The notes: generated from the sequence alone by a model not told the origin. A stretch of DNA of 64,000 nt from Octopus sinensis (GCF_006345805.1 NC_042999.1:90892001-90956000); one strand, 5' to 3'. Counted from the stretch's first letter, positions 40,396-56,586 are shown. Numbers and translations: made by a program.

Positions 40396-42619
40396 TTTAA
40401 AAAATATTTTCTGTTACTAGAACTCGTGCAATTACACGTATTTCAGTGTGGCACGCGAAGCGACTAGAATACAGGTGACGTAGATGTTCATGAAATTATG
40501 GAAATTGTGAGGCTTAGTATTTCGACCCCTCATTCCTGAAATTAAATAATTTTCGACTTTAAAATATTGGGAATATGGAATTTATCTGGAGCCACTGATA
40601 CCTCCACAGGAAAAACGTCGACGCAACACGCAAAACGTTACTCGTAGAAAGTGACACCTTCAATATTGAATCGATAGATTAAAAAGAGAGTCGAAAATAC
40701 GCTACATTGTCCCAAAGTTAATTCACCTTGCTTTAGGGTTCATCAGAGTCTAAGCCTGCTCCAGAGTAGTAGAAGAGCTACATCCACTACCTCGTGGTAA
40801 TTAGTCCCCGTTTGATAAAAGAAAATGGTGTCTACTATTAATGGGCAAGCATGAAAGGAAGAAATTTATAAGGGAAATATAGATAAGGGCACTATGTAAA
40901 CCTGGAGACCGAGTTATTTGAGTGACATGGCTTGATTAAAGGAATTTAGTGAAAACTTACCATCGTGCAAATTTTCGATTTCCTTATAAAGTATGTCGTA
41001 AAACCTTATCAATGATGATGAGAATCTAATTGAAAAGCTAACTCTAACACTATATATTAACTTAGTGATTAACAAAATTATCAGTTGCTAAGTATCAGTT
41101 GCCTAAGTAACAACGAGAAGTGGAGATTTAAAGGAGAGATTTGATGAAGTGTATATTGCCGTGAAGTTTTAATTTCTAATCTGATTCATAAAGACAAAAC
41201 ACCAGTACATATTTAACTCCATCTACTGTCCTTCATTGAAAACAATCTAGAATAACCGCCAATTCATTTAATTAAACTGATAGTTCTCAGATTTATGTAT
41301 TTTTTCTCAAGTGATATATCATACTTCTTTTATAAAGCGATAATTCATTTATCAACTTGAAGTTAATAAGGAGCTATTCTAGCTCCTTATGATGTTTTCA
41401 TCTTTGCAAAGGAAAACAGATGTTGAGGAGATTTATCCTCAAGCGTATGTTATCGACCATAACACCCCATCTTTTACCAACGTGCCTCTTCAGTACTTAT
41501 CACATGTTCTCAACAACTACCGTCCCTTATCAGCCATAGCCATACCCATATATTCTTCACTTCAGTACCAAGATAGTCATCACAGTTCATTACAGCGATT
41601 ACATTAGCGTTGAAAATCATCAGTTTACTGAGCCTAGTAAATCTAGCATTATCTTCAGTTATTGTTTAATGCACACAGTACAGTGATATTGATTTGAAAT
41701 AATATATCTCCTATTAAGAGCTGGATGCTTTATCTGCCAGACAATAGGAATGCGTTTTTTGAATACGAGTTAACAACCTACCAATAACATCAGAAACATT
41801 ACTAATTCATGTTTTGTTCTTTTAGAGATAGAGAACAGTTCTTATAAGAAATAAAATTTATGTGATTTCTTTCTACTACAGTTTAGATAAGACGAATCTA
41901 GTCTTGAAATTTGATATAAAACCCAGTTTCTACAAACGGAATATCTAAAAGTATTGGAAGCTTGAGGTCCTTTTGACACTAAATATGGAAATTAATTCAA
42001 AGATCACTATAACAGCTGGTACACAGCTGTACCGGGTTGATATTAATCATGATTGCTCAACAGAGTAATTACAGTATATTACTTTGTAATGCTTCTTGAT
42101 AATGAGTTTGCATTAAAAAATGTGATTATCAGTAGTCTGTTAATAAATAGACATGAAACCAGAAACATTTTGACGTGCGTGGAATTGCAAGCTGAATTCT
42201 TGCTCCGATATTTCACAGCAAAATAGACTACAGACTCTGTTCAGAAAGAACTTCATACCTAACATAGAATGATCTTGAATCAGTACCTAGTGTATTATCT
42301 GTGATTATTTCTTCCACGACTGAAAGCAAAACTGACATGCCAAGATTGAAACCCAGTAATACAGCTTTATACTTTAGCTATCATAATGTGTTGGTGTAAG
42401 TCTATACAATTTATAATATCAACTCCGTTGTAATTTTACAATATAGAATTACTTGTCAAAGGGATAGCCTATACATGATTACTCAATATGCTAGAAATAT
42501 TAACCAAACCACTCTGAAATAAGATAATACCGTATTAAAAGGAAAAGCAAATTGGATAACTTTGTCTTTGATAAACTCACCTGGATCACCTGGTTCGGCC
42601 AGGCTGTCTGGAGCTGAGT

Positions 42620-43060
42620 CGGCTCCGCCAGCCACAGTATTTGTTTCATTCCCCATTTTCTTCCACGTTGTTGCAAACATTTTTCTTAAATCTTCTTCCC
42701 GCTTGATTGGAGGTCTTCCGAGTGGTCTCTTTCGTTCGCGCGGATACCACTCGACAACTGCACGGATCCAACGATTGTCTATGGATCTTGCGACATAGTC
42801 GGCCAATCGTTTCTTTGCGTGGTGGTATTCTGCGACGACTTCTTTCATTCCAGTTCTATTCTCGATCTCCTCATTCTGGATGTGATCTCTTAGCGAGATT
42901 CCCAACGTCGATCTCTTCCATGGCTCTCTGCGCCGTAAGTAGAGTTTCTTCTTCTCTCTTCGTCAAAATCCAAATCTCACATGCGTATAGCATTGCAGGA
43001 AAGACAATGCTGTTGAAATGATTGGCGCGAGTTGCCTTGTCTAGGTTTGCTTTCAACTCC
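42620..43060 (-). mobile_element. RTE-clade LINE C-terminal fragment
   Basis: FNSIVFPAMLYACEIW...QRAMERSTLGISLRDHIQNEEI...WIRAVVEWYPRERKRPLGRPP. Confidence 0.85.
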
Positions 43061-43431
43061 CTGTGAGTATATATGTGTATATGTGTACGTGTACAAGAGG
43101 AGTATGTGAATGTTTGCATGTGTGAATCAGCATTCTTTCGGCAACAAACGACGATTGATGTCACATCTGAAAGGACAACAACTAGATAACATTAACAGGT
43201 GTATTAATTTGATTTACGATCCATATTCTACCCCATATTTAGTCACGGCCAGCTTTATGTGGTCTTAGGTCGTACAAGAAGGAAAGAAAACAAACTTTAA
43301 AATTTGAAGGAAACAAACAGTCAAGGGATGTTAGTTGCAGAGAAATTTGTCACAAAATATTTGGCAATAAAAGAATTATTAAACTAAAGACTTGGTTTTG
43401 TACTTTATTTATATATAAAATACTACAATTA

Positions 43432-43464
43432 GCCGTCATTTTTGACGGCACGGGGCCAACTAGT
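43432..43464 (+). mobile_element. Helitron-type 3' terminus, second family
   Basis: GCCGTCA-TTTT-TGACGGC hairpin, then 10 nt, then CTAG-T (43460-43464); the 5' end was not located. Confidence 0.5.
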
Positions 43465-45504
43465 AGGATAAAATGAAGGACATATTTGTATAAGAACTCA
43501 TATTGTGACATCACACACAGATAAGTCTATACAACCGCCAAATATGGTTTAAGAACATGTTTGTTACCAGCCAGCTGTTTATGTCATTTAATCAATTGAT
43601 TAATTAATTAATTAACAAGTCCTTATAAAATAAGAGTATAGATTGTAATATTACCGCATGTAGTTAACTTAAAACAATATATTGATATAACATCTATTTT
43701 AAACTGGCAATTTGTAAGCTCTTCTCAAATTCGAGATGAAATAGCCAGCATCTGCTTATAAAATTAAACATGGAATCACGCTGAATTCCACTTTAATCGA
43801 TGCGTTATGTGTTTCATGCGCTGAGAAAGGATAACAGAAGCGGGGAAGTCTTTTTCAGAAATGATCTCTTTTTGGAAATTGAGGGATGAGATATTGTTGA
43901 ATGAGTGGAATATGCATTATAATTCTCAAAGTGTATTTTCTCAAAGTGTAAAAGGTCAAACAACAAAATCGATTATGAGCTGATCTGGACAAAGCAGCTG
44001 ACTTTAAAACCTTCCTAGTGATATGAAAATACTGTTTGGTATATTTGCATTTTTCCCAAGATAACTATAATGGTTCCAAAAGATTGAACTAAAGATTTCA
44101 ACCTTAAGCTGCTAAGGTAATGATTCCTATCTCAGTAATCAATACTTTACAACTAAACATATCCCATCAAAAGAAATACTTGAATATAAAATTTCATGGC
44201 CTAAATCAAATCTCTATGTGATATAAAATATTAATGCACACACACACACTCATACGTGTATATATACATTTATACACACGCGTACACACAGAGACACACA
44301 TAAAGTGAGGGAGAAAAGGAACTTCGCTCTTCATATTGCTTGATAAAATGTATGTTTTAGATCCACTCAAATACAATATTATCTATTGACAAATATCGTT
44401 AGTTCTTTTTATTGTTATTGCTATTATCGGCAACTTCCATTTTAAATATAGGAACAAGACCTTCAATTTGGTGAGAGGGAGAACGTTTAGTTTATTTAAT
44501 CGATCGTAGTACTTCACTGATTTTGTTTTTTACTTTATTGTCCCACGGGAAATAAAAGGCACATTTGATATCAACTAAAATTGAACTTAGAAAGTAATTA
44601 TTTATAACAAATTCTAATGCACCCTGTCCACCACTATAGCGATTCTGTCTTAACTCGCTTTCTCAGCATGTAGTTAAGTTCTATTATGTTCTCAGGGCAA
44701 ACTTCGTTGAAGTTGTTGTCTTATATCAATAATGAGACGGATACTATAAAGTATCAGTCAAGTACTGGAGGCATGTAATCGATTTTCCCTTCCGCAAAAC
44801 AATTGTGGCCTAGTGCCTACCTTAGAAATCAGTATGGACGATAATATTGTATTAGCCGGGAATGGTAAGAAATTAAAAGAGATCGGTAGAGCAACGAACA
44901 AAGTAACTACAAATTTGCATAGTATGGATTCTGATTTCAAATCCAGCTCGTATCATTTTCACACCCAACCCATCCATGTTCGATAAATTCAGTATCAGTG
45001 AAATGCGGAGGTCGATTTATTTGATTCTGGTCCTTCCACTACAATTATAGGCCGCGTTCCAAAGTAAAAAAAAATCAATATAATGTTATTATCGCCAGCA
45101 TTGTATATTTATTTTGTAAGACTGGTATTTTCATCGATTATAATTTTTACTGTTTTTTTTTATATTAATTTTCCTGCAGATTTTCAAGTGTTTGTCCATA
45201 TATATACATACGTTCGTACACACATACCTAGGTACACCCGTATGTTTATTATTCTAAAACATTTATTTGAAATATTTTCATATATTGTAAGTATAGTATA
45301 TATTTTTATTTTCAGCATTGTGAGAAGGTGAAAAAAAATACAAAACAAAAAAGATGAAATAGATATTGATTTTTTTCTTTGTTTAGCTTCGTTTTCAGAA
45401 CTTCAGATTTTTTACATACAATCCTCAACTCCAGTCAGTTTTTGGCTATTTTAAAGAGCAACTTCTGCAATTAATAATTACAGTCCAACGCATTAATAAC
45501 GGTG

Positions 45505-45570
<66 letters not shown>

Positions 45571-45860
45571 CCTTGTTTGTTAGAGTTATCTACTAAGATG
45601 TATTAGTTTTAATTTGACCGATTAAATACCGCCCAGTCTTTAGTCTCGTCCGTTTACGTTCTGAGTCGGAGAACCTATGAAATTGACATTATCGAAGAAC
45701 TACCAATTATATAAAAAAGTTTTGTTATACCTCTTCTCTCATAAAAATTTGTGGCCTTGTTACAAAATAAAAAAAAATCAACACATACACACACACACTT
45801 AAACACATATATGTGTATTAATGTATATATTCTTATGCACGTATGTATCTAGTTATACAT

Positions 45861-45930
<70 letters not shown>

Positions 45931-45949
45931 AAGCAATGCAGTTAATCAA

Positions 45950-47042
45950 CATAATTTTGCCATTTTATCGGTAGGTTTATGCCGGCAGCGAAGACTTCTG
46001 GAGAGCAAGAGGTGATGAAATCACGAAATGCTGTTTTTGCATCCTCTTCAGATCTGAATTTGTTTCCTTGCAAAATGTTGGAAAAGGTGATAGTCAATTG
46101 GTGTAAGGTCTGGTGAATATGGTGGATGACAGTGTACTTCCAAGTTCAGTTCCTGTAACTTGAGTAGCGTTCTTCGTGCAATATGCGGTAGATCATTTTC
46201 ATGTAAGAGAATTGGCTTATATCTATTGACCAATTTCGGTTGCTTAATTGCAAATTCACTCATCATTCCATCCAGTTGGTTGATGTATACATCCGCTGTA
46301 ATTGACTTACTAGGTCTCATGAAGCTATAGTGGATGACACCAGCACTGGACCACCAAACAGACACCATTAGCGTTTTTTGGTGAATACTCTTTTTTGAAT
46401 TGTGTTTTGGCACTTCGTCTCTATCTAGCCACTGAGCAGAACACTTCTTATTGTTGAAAAGAATCCATTTTTCATCACACGTAACAATACTATGCAAAAA
46501 TGGTTCACTTTTATGCCGTCACCGCAAAGAACAACAAGTATCAAGACGACGTATCATTTGATGCTCGTTCAGTTCGTGTGGTACCCACTTGTCCAGCTTC
46601 TTTACCCTGCTGGTTAGATTTTGCAATTGAAATGTCATATCTTGCTGCTAACTCGCGCGTAGTTTGAGATGTATCCGTTTTCACTATCACAGGGCTGATT
46701 TTCAAGAGTAAAGTCACCACCCCGGAATTTCTCAAACATCGACATACAGTGTGCTCATCCACCACATCTTCACCAAAGATTTGAGCTGTATTGGATGCAC
46801 TGGTTCAAAAACAGAATTGATATTCATAAACAACACGAATTGCTTTATCTATCCATGGGTTCACAAAAGTTGATTTACAAGAGAAAACTCACAATATGAT
46901 CAGACACCATAAATTGCATTTCGAAACGTGATAATATAACTCTTCAATACACTGAAACAAAGAATTATCAGGTTAACGCATTAGTGTTAACGACTGTCAA
47001 ACTTGGTGCATAAGAAAATCGGACATTTTATTCGTAATGACG

Positions 47043-47045
<3 letters not shown>
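45950..47045 (-). mobile_element. Mariner relic 2
   Basis: IVTCDEKWILFNN, LMVSVWW, HPPYSPDLTPIDYHLF. TIR-like TTTATTCGTAATGA at 47027-47040. Confidence 0.88.
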
Positions 47046-47096
<51 letters not shown>

Positions 47097-47145
47097 GCGC
47101 GCACGTGTGTGTGTGTGTGTAGCGAGAGAGAAATAAATATATACA

Positions 47146-47244
<99 letters not shown>

Positions 47245-47787
47245 CTAGTGCTCCATTCTTATTTGTTATCTTTAAACATTTATACCTATATACGTGCTCT
47301 GACACTAATGTTCTCTCAAATTGGTCTTAAGTTATATTATGAAAGTTGAATTGTCTTTATAAGGAATATTGCCAGTATTTTTTTAACGGTGGCGGTTGTG
47401 GTAGGAACGGACATTTGATTAAATCAACTTAAGAATATTGATTTATACTGTTACCAAGAGCCACACATTTTTTAAAGAAAAGATATATTATTTTGAATCG
47501 ACTATACCATAGTATGACATTCTAAAGAACAGTCAACCTCGGTAGCATTTGAGCCTAAAAATGTATAAAAATAAATCTAACAACACAAGGTATATTTTCA
47601 GCATTCTATTAATTTTGCTTCTCCACCCCACTCTAATTGGAATGTATCATTGGTCTTCACTCTCTCCACATGTGGTAGATAAATGAATTAAGGTCAACCA
47701 CGGTAATGATAAAACTAAATACTTCAATGCATTTGCTAGGTCTCGTAGTATCACATCTATCTCCATTAACAAGTACGAGAAATTTAC

Positions 47788-47905
<118 letters not shown>

Positions 47906-49147
47906 ACACTAGAAATAGTATATGTACGAGTCAAAAGTATCGATGACAATCAAAGGATCGTTGTTTATGTAAGCTAGTCTACAGTCAAGTCACTTTCACG
48001 CTAACCAAGTCTACCCAACTATAATCTTTTATATCACCTTTTAAAGCAGCAATTACAAGACCGACGAGCGTTTACCAATTAGCTTGACAGAGTTCAATTT
48101 CTTTAATGGGTGGGACTGATATTTGTGTTTGTCACCGGGTTCATATATTCATTTGAAGGTTTGATAAACCGTTAGGGGATATTGCTGTTCTTTAAAAGAT
48201 TGAGTTAATGAATTGATCCTCTCGAAACAAATCAGTCTTCAGGAAAGAATACATCACAAGCATTACAATCAGAAACAGTGGGATACATTCTTCCCCCTAA
48301 GATATTCATGGCATAAAGAAAATCTAAGTGATTTTGTTTCAATAGGCGCGTTCTGAACTTGGCTTCTGGATAGAATAGTAATAGCATTCATTGAAAATAT
48401 CAATGGTTTTGTTCTAATAAAAGCGCAACTTTAAGATTTAGAGGGAGAAAACTATGTATAGTATATTGAATTACCCATTTCATTGACCATGTTGGGTTAT
48501 AAGCAATATATTTTAATTTCAACATAAGAAACTGAAGGACGGCCTAACTGTTCTAAAATCATCGCCTCCTTCTGAATATGTATGGATTTCTTTTCCTATA
48601 ACATGAAATGTTTTTAGAGGAAGAAGAAATCTTTTGCCAATTGGATCGATCTTAATAAATCATTAGCATTTATCTTTTCGAATTTCGAAGAATAAGAGGG
48701 GAATATCCAGAATACATGGAAAGAATGATAGTTTGAGCCGGTAACAATAAATATATTGGAAAATTTCATAAATTCAGTTTTTAGGAAAATGGTAAATCTT
48801 CATAAACTGCGTTGTAGTTTAAACTGAAAATTTAAGAAAATCTAACCTAAAGGCATTTTATCTGATATTTTGTCTGTCTTTGTCGTTATCATTATCTGTT
48901 CCAGATGTAATATATGTTTTTCTAATGATTGAACAGTGAATAGTTTTAACATAATGGTGTGTATTATCAAACCTTGAGGAAAAGCTATGGTTCCAATGCA
49001 GCTTAAACAAAATGAAATACAATCAAACAAAAAGAAAAATCTCATCCGATATTCTCTATTTCACTCTATCAGTACCTGTTCTTTGAAGCAATAACATCCG
49101 ACCAATTTCCGATAATCCCTTTGACATGGATAACAGTAGCATCAGTA

Positions 49148-49237
49148 TTCTCTTTTACTCTCTTTTACTTGTTTCAGTCATTTGACTGCGGCCATGCTAG
49201 AGCACTGCCTTTAGAGACACAAACATATACACACACA

Positions 49238-49336
<99 letters not shown>

Positions 49337-49490
49337 TACATATATACGACAAGCTTCTTTCAGTTTCTGTCTACCAAATCCACTTACAAGGCTTTGGTCG
49401 GCCCGAGGCTATAGTAGAAGACACTTGCCCAAGGTGCCACGCAGTGAGGATGAACCCGGAAACATGTGGTTGGTAAGCAAGCTACTTACC
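49148..49490 (-). mobile_element. tRNA-derived SINE with an internal deletion and expanded (TA)n
   Basis: Head and tail match 38993-39394; the central part is missing. Confidence 0.85.
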
Positions 49491-52150
49491 TATAAGTATA
49501 GTGAACTTATACAAATCAAGAATCAAAATGAAATCTCATGTGCGACTCGCAGGAATGTACCAATACGGAAAGACATTTTGTAAAGAACAAGTAAAGAGCA
49601 ATAACCTTCATCTGTCTTTATGATTCATATTGTGGCTTGGTAAAGTGTTACGAAACGAGTGGGGTATAGTAATGTATGTAAATACGCTTAAGATACATGG
49701 ATGTTAGGAAAATGTTTGAACTTTTTAATCTGTAATCAATAGAGATGTGCATTTATTAATTTTCACTTTAGAGTCTCCATAAGATTTCTGTACATTTGCT
49801 ATTTGAGTTTTTCTACTGCACAAAGATTGATTATTCTTATTGCTACGGTGTATATTATCAAAGTTCGCACGTGCCTATTCCCAGTTCCAGCATATCAAGA
49901 CACTTCCAAGTCACGTCAAACATATTTCATGCCATTTGATATTGAAAATTGATTTCTGTGTTTCCCTCTTTATCAATTTCATTAAATAGCAATTCAAAAT
50001 AAGGCACTTTTTATCGAACATTTTAATATTTAATTCCAAAATAACACGATCTTATTAATTTATTTATGTATTTATTCCTTTATTTACTTATTTCTTTATT
50101 TGATTATGTTTTTTGTATATTTATTTTAATTCATACTTAAAAACTAGTAAAGTTTGTTGGAGGCACAATGGATATCAGAATGTATCATTCTTCCTTTTCC
50201 TTCACTTATAAATGAAACGTCATGTCTTCAACATTTATTGCATTAATGCAATATTGCTGTTTTAACTGTTGTTATCATTGCTCTTAGTGCTATGAACACC
50301 TATTGTTATTACTGTTTGTAACAGTACCAGTATGTCTGTCATTACTTGTTCTCTATAGCAGTATATATCATGGACGTATTTATTTGCGGCAACGTGACCT
50401 AAACAAAACAAAGGCAAACGAATAAAAGATTATCAATAATACAAATGTAAACAACAACGACAACAACAACAAACGAACAAACAAACTGGGATAATAATTG
50501 AAATTTATATTTTTTTAATTGCCTCTAGAGATCTATGCTCTCTTCACAGACAGTTATTACCAGGAACATTTAACCACTTTAACCTCATTTCCCCCAAAAC
50601 TTTACTGTTAATACAATTATCGTTTCTCTAAAATAATACACACACACACATATACATATAATATATACGTGTGTGTGTTTGTTAGTGTGTGTATGTGCGT
50701 GAGTGTGTCTGAGTATAGAAAGTTATGCATGGATACATATCTCACAAGACAGAGGACCTGCGTAAATATATTACACCTCACCTCGAAAGCTATGACTTTG
50801 TAATTCAGGACTGGGAGATAGCAACTAAATCGGTAAGAGAGATAATAATGTCTCTAAATCTAATTGTAAAAAAATGTGGATTCTACCAACTGTTAAATAA
50901 TGTTCGCACGATACTGTCTTCCTACATAACAAGACATTGCTGATAATCCATCTACAATGGTATACATAGGAAGTATAGTCCTGAGGGTCATGCCAACGGC
51001 ACAGCAGTATTTGTACCAGAAGGTATTCACATATTTTAAAATAATGACTACTTGTGGATCATATCAATAAAACAATAATATTCCAATAAAACACAAATAA
51101 AATGGTGGAAGCATAATAGACCATATATTGTTGTATGTATCAGGGAGCAAAAGTCACGGGATGTTATTGACTCCAGCAACATGAATGTGAATGTCGCTTC
51201 AAAGTTTTTGGGGGAAATAAAATCTGAGGAGGAATAATGGGAAACTTACAGGCTATAGATGTTCATTTTACCCCCACCACTACAGGTGCACAGGGCTGCA
51301 TAGCAACTGGTTTGTATAGAAGCCTAGAAATGCTCGATTTCTTCAAGAAAAAATAAAGCGAGCAGATTCACAGATTCAAATAAAATCGATTAGCTATATC
51401 GTGAAAAAGTTGATAAAAATTCCCTGAGGTTTCTAGACGTAGCACATACACACGGTAGCCTGTGCATATGAAAAACGGACACACAAATAACAATGAAACA
51501 TACAACTGCACAATAAAATGATATCAAAACCCAATGCGTAAGTGTAAGTTTATCCTCACATACGTAGACAGATATGTATAGAAGCATACATATATAACTG
51601 TATACTGCAATCCTCCAGCTGTAGTTGAAAGAAGAATGACTGCCTCTGATGTTATAAATTTTTCAAAACAACAAAAAAAGTCCCTGTCAACTCTCTGTGT
51701 TTATGTATATTTTTCACTAAATCTATCCAAAATATATACAATGCTGAGAAAAAAAACGACTAGATTTAATCAAACTATTTGATGATACATAGATAAAATT
51801 TCGCCAAAAGAAATGTTCAAATTCAACAGTTGAATATAGAAATAAAAACTGTTTCCCAAATTCCAAACCGATGCATCAATGGTCTCTCTGTGTCCCATGA
51901 TCCACAAAATTAGTGCTAGGTATTGATGAAACTATGAACTATACCAAATATAGGTCCCAAGAAAAAAGACATTATGCCAGACTAAAAAAGTATATAACAG
52001 TCTGCGCTTCCTTATGAAAGCACGGCAATACTATACCATACATTTGCAGGACAATTACTGATACCAACTTGCTGATAAGACATAATACATGGAATCAGAA
52101 GCTGCCTAAAATGTCATCCCACTGTGACAAGATGTGACCGCTAAAATCAT

Positions 52151-53300
52151 ATATCATTACGAGTAAAAAGTAAGCAACGTTTTGAACCATGAAGAATTCG
52201 TACCGGATTTTTGCAGTTTTGAATTGCTTTAAATCATTTTTTTTTCTTTGCAATTGTCTGATAATACAGACATAGACTTGCCCAAATGCATCAATAACTT
52301 AACATCTGTTTACAATCATCTAAAATGGGACTCTGAAAGCGTAATATTCGAGCAAGTTTGTTATTCAACTTCAAGAAAAAAATAAGGACGTAAAGCAACT
52401 GAAACTGTTCGCGGAAAAGATCAGTGAGTGATCTGCTCTAAAATGGTTTAAGCGATTTCGCAGCGGTGACTGGCAAAAGAAATTCAAGTTAGCCAGAAAA
52501 CTACCTGAAACCATTTGAATGCAATCGGAAAATCAAAAAAATGCTCGACAAATTGGTACCAAACAATTTTATTGAAAATCAGAAAATGCGCAGATATGAC
52601 ATTTGCTCTTCGCTTCTTCTCCGTAACCAGACCGATCCATTTCTCGACTGTATTGTAACTTGCGAGGAAACGTAGATTCTGTACAATAATATAAAAACCT
52701 TCTTCGTCGTGGTTGGACCAAAAGGAAGTACCGAAAACCTTCCCTAATCCCGAGCTCTTCAATAAGAAGGTTATGGTGATTGTTTAGTGGTGTACTGATC
52801 AACTCATCCACTATCACTTCTTAAAACCCGGAAAAACCATTACTGCAAAAACACACTGCCGTGAAATTGCTAAAATGAACGTAAAAATTATAACTTCTCC
52901 GTCTTAGACTGGTCAACAGAAGAGGACCAATCATTCTTTATGACAATGCTCGACCACACGTTTCACTAATGATGCCCCAGAAGTTGAGGAACTTGGCCAC
53001 GATGTTTTTCCCCACCCAGCGTATTCCCCAGACCTTTCTCCTACTGACTACCACTTTTTCAAGCACCTTGATGGCTTCCTGCGAGAGAAGGAGTTAAAAA
53101 ATCAAACCGATGTTGAAAGTGCATTCAAGAAGTTCAGCAGCTCGAGAACTCCAGATTTTTATGTTACCGGAATAAACAAATTTGTAACTCGTTGGCAAAA
53201 ATATGTTGATTGTAGTAGTAGTTATTTTGATGAATAGAATTTCCGCATTGTTGAAATATATTGTGATGAATTTCTGCTATTTGTAAAATATATAACCATA
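52151..53300 (+). mobile_element. Mariner relic 3
   Basis: WFKRFRSGD, IVTCEET*ILYNN, YDNARPH, HPAYSPDLSPTDYHFFKHL. The start TCATTACGAGTAAAA resembles the TIR of relic 2. Confidence 0.88.
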
Positions 53301-53699
53301 GAATAAATATAAACAACACCTTTGTTGCTGAATACATGAATATCAACATAGGGAATATTGGTGGAACATTCATATGAAAACTTTTACAAACTGAAAACAT
53401 TATAGACCTGATTTAGTTATTTGAGAGAGAAAAGAAAAAAAAACATTTATCGTTATAGAGGCTAGATGCATTGAGGAGGTGAACATCTCTCCCAAAATCA
53501 GCTAAAGGTGGAATATTAATGTATTAATGAACAACTTCTTCGAAATCTGCAAATCCTCTACCCTATATATAAATGCACATTTATACCAATACTTATTATT
53601 TATGTTGGTAAACTTCAAGTGACAGTCTGGAGTAGCTAGGGCATAACATTTCTTTGTGTCGCTTCAAGACGCTTTCATTGTGCTTGTTTTTGTTTAATG

Positions 53700-54560
53700 A
53701 CCAGATACAGGATACATGTTGTGCTAGGTTGACTGTAGAGATTTATGGTATGTAGAATACTTTTTACGATTTGTTTTTCAGATTTAGCATGGCTAAAAAT
53801 GAATTCTGGATAGTGAAGAGTTGACGTCTAAATTCTCTGCATTTCTGTCTGCACCGGTTCCTATGGTACTTTATAGTTGATGTTCGTTGAATACCCCTTT
53901 GTTATCTGGGTTGTGGGAAAGAGCAAGATAAGTTTTGTTGTAACATGGGGTAAATAAACTGCAGGGTTTGACAATATGCTACTAGAATTGTGAACGGGTA
54001 CCCCGAGTTTGAATTGCATTGGGATACAAAAACGAGAGGGCTATGCTATTAGCTAGTAGCATGTGTTTCCTATGTGCGTTTCTTCCCGGAATGTGACGGA
54101 AAATAGTCACATAGTACACATAATATCTTGTGTAGGGATTAAAGGCAGATTTTGGGATTCCGTTTTCTTTGTGATGTGGTGTGGTGTGGTGTGTGAAGGA
54201 GTTGATTGCTTTGTGGAGGATTTTCAGTTAGATTAATTTGGGCAGTGGCTTTGAGAGCGTGGGTAGATAGTGAGTTGAAGATGGCGTCATGATTTCTGCG
54301 CTAGTTGAATGTTAGCTGGCATAGTTTTATATTAAGATGGGGAATGAAAGAGCGAATTTTTCTCTTTGCTAGTGGAGGTGGTAGTTACAGCACCGGAAGT
54401 GATAGATGATTATGAGTGTAGAGCTCTGGTTGCCATTTGTGATGGTTGGGTACATGCAGAAGTATAAAGGTAGATAGTGATGAAGTAGTGGAGGTCATTG
54501 TTTTGTTGGGGATATCGTAGATTCTTGTCCTTCTTTTTGTTGTTGCTGCTGAACAATAAA
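53700..54560 (-). mobile_element. Highly decayed Penelope-like RT/linker remnant
   Basis: GVP..ILVAY..LQFIYPMLQQNL, HNPDNKGVFNE and YHRN resemble the PLE VPLVLTYHP...DP.TK.VF...SYRR linker. Confidence 0.45.
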
Positions 54561-55607
54561 TGGAATTTGACCAAGTGCTATTCAAAAAGATGAAAGACGA
54601 AATTTGATCTAGTTGATTTTCAATTTGTTTTGCTGATTGATTATTGAAAATGGGGCGGTTTCTACGACAATATCATTGAAACAGGACACATGTGTAGCCC
54701 AGATCGGAAGGAGCAGCATCAAGTATTACCTAGAATATCAATCACTCTCCCTGTTCATTTATAGAAATAGAATTTGTCCACGTTGATCACGGAATTTAAA
54801 GTAATATTCGCAGATTGTCTTTCCACTGTTTATTGTTTCCTTCTGAAAAATTTCGATGCTAAATTGATTTTTTGCGTACCTGAAAGCTATTCTTTTAAGC
54901 ATATTTTTCTGTGGGAATCAGCGAGAATATTTGTCTGTGGTTCAATAGTAAATATCTGGTAGTTGATATATTGTTTGATTTCTTATTTGTGAAAAAATGA
55001 AGTTGAATGGCTGTTGTTCAATAGTTTTGAGAGTTGTGCAAGTGTGCGTTTGAATATCGGAAATTTTGTAGATAAAATATTGCACACTTATCAAAAAGTT
55101 GAAAATTTCCAGTTTCGAAATGGAAAATATGCTAAGTATTCAATCAAATGAATCCATCTGCCTTGCTCTGCTGACCTGCAATGCTACAGTAAGAAAAAAA
55201 ACCGAACAAATGATACAGCAAGTTCAGTATTCCGTATATTCAGTAAATGTTTTGTACGTTTAGAAATGGAAGGCGAGAGCTTGACTTAGGACCTGTGTGT
55301 GTGTGCGCGCGCGCACACAAACACACTCTATTTCTCTCTCCATCCCTCTCTCTCGCACACTCACAATTTGTTGAACACCAATGAAGTGTAGACAACAAGA
55401 TTATGTAATATTCAACAAATAACTGTGTTATACTGTGAAGATATTTTGCGAAATGCATGTATTAATTATAAAGATTAAGGTATCAATTGTTTTCTGTATT
55501 TCATTAATACTACATTTATGTGTGTGTGTGTGCGTGTGTATACATGCATACATACATAAATACATACATGCATACATACATACATACATACATACGTACA
55601 TACATAC

Positions 55608-55645
<38 letters not shown>

Positions 55646-55824
55646 ATAATTGATAATATCAGGGTAACAAAGATTTTAGTAATTTTTTACTACCAGTGGA
55701 CTAGCGTGTACTACCAGTGGCCTAGTGGCTGCAGTCTAATGACTGAAATAAGCAAACAAATCAAAGAATAAACGCACAACACGCATATAGATGGTTTCAC
55801 TCTCTCACTCTCTCTCTTCCTCTT

Positions 55825-55858
<34 letters not shown>

Positions 55859-56525
55859 CCTCCCTCTCTCTCTTTCTCTCCCAAACACACACAGTCGTAT
55901 AAATTTGGACACAATAGTGACCGGAAACTGAAAATAACCCTAGTCGGCTTTGTCAATCAGAACACAGATACGAAATGAGATACAGCAAATGTAACTAGAT
56001 AGATATAGTGATATATGAGTTCACCTCTACAGACTTTGCATTTGTCAGATTAGCGTATTTAATCATATAGCATAGCAAACATGTTTGAGAAGCTTTTAAA
56101 TTTTCTTCTCTCTCGCATAAAGAAAATAAACGACTACAATATATTTCAACCTACCATATTAATAATATTTCTTTAAGAGCCTGTTAAATACTGGCAGAGA
56201 AAACATACGTATATATATATATATATCATATTCTCAAAATATAATAAAAAATGTAATGGGATAATAAATCTAACAACAAGATATAAGAAAATTACAGGAT
56301 ATTTGAATACATATTTAAAAAATAATAAGACTTTAAATGTTTTGTAAGCTGTAGTGAAATAATTTAGGTTTCGATAATATAATACTAGTATTAGAAATTT
56401 TTACATCATTAAAAAATAAAACCTGCAAAATGATTTACTCCGAAAACAAAAAGTTGGGTGCCAGGCGCCAAATTTTCAGACAATAAAGAAAAATATACTG
56501 AAGAAATCTAACGCAATTTTACTGT

Positions 56526-56586
<61 letters not shown>

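Noticed and set aside
44755-44872. Plus-strand open stretch ending in a G/GTAAGA donor
   Set aside because: No convincing acceptor and no recognisable protein; opposite strand to the other exon candidates.
50720-52130. Non-repetitive-looking stretch with faint LINE-like peptides (GTAVFV, IRHN)
   Set aside because: The motifs are too short and broken to support a feature call without a profile search.
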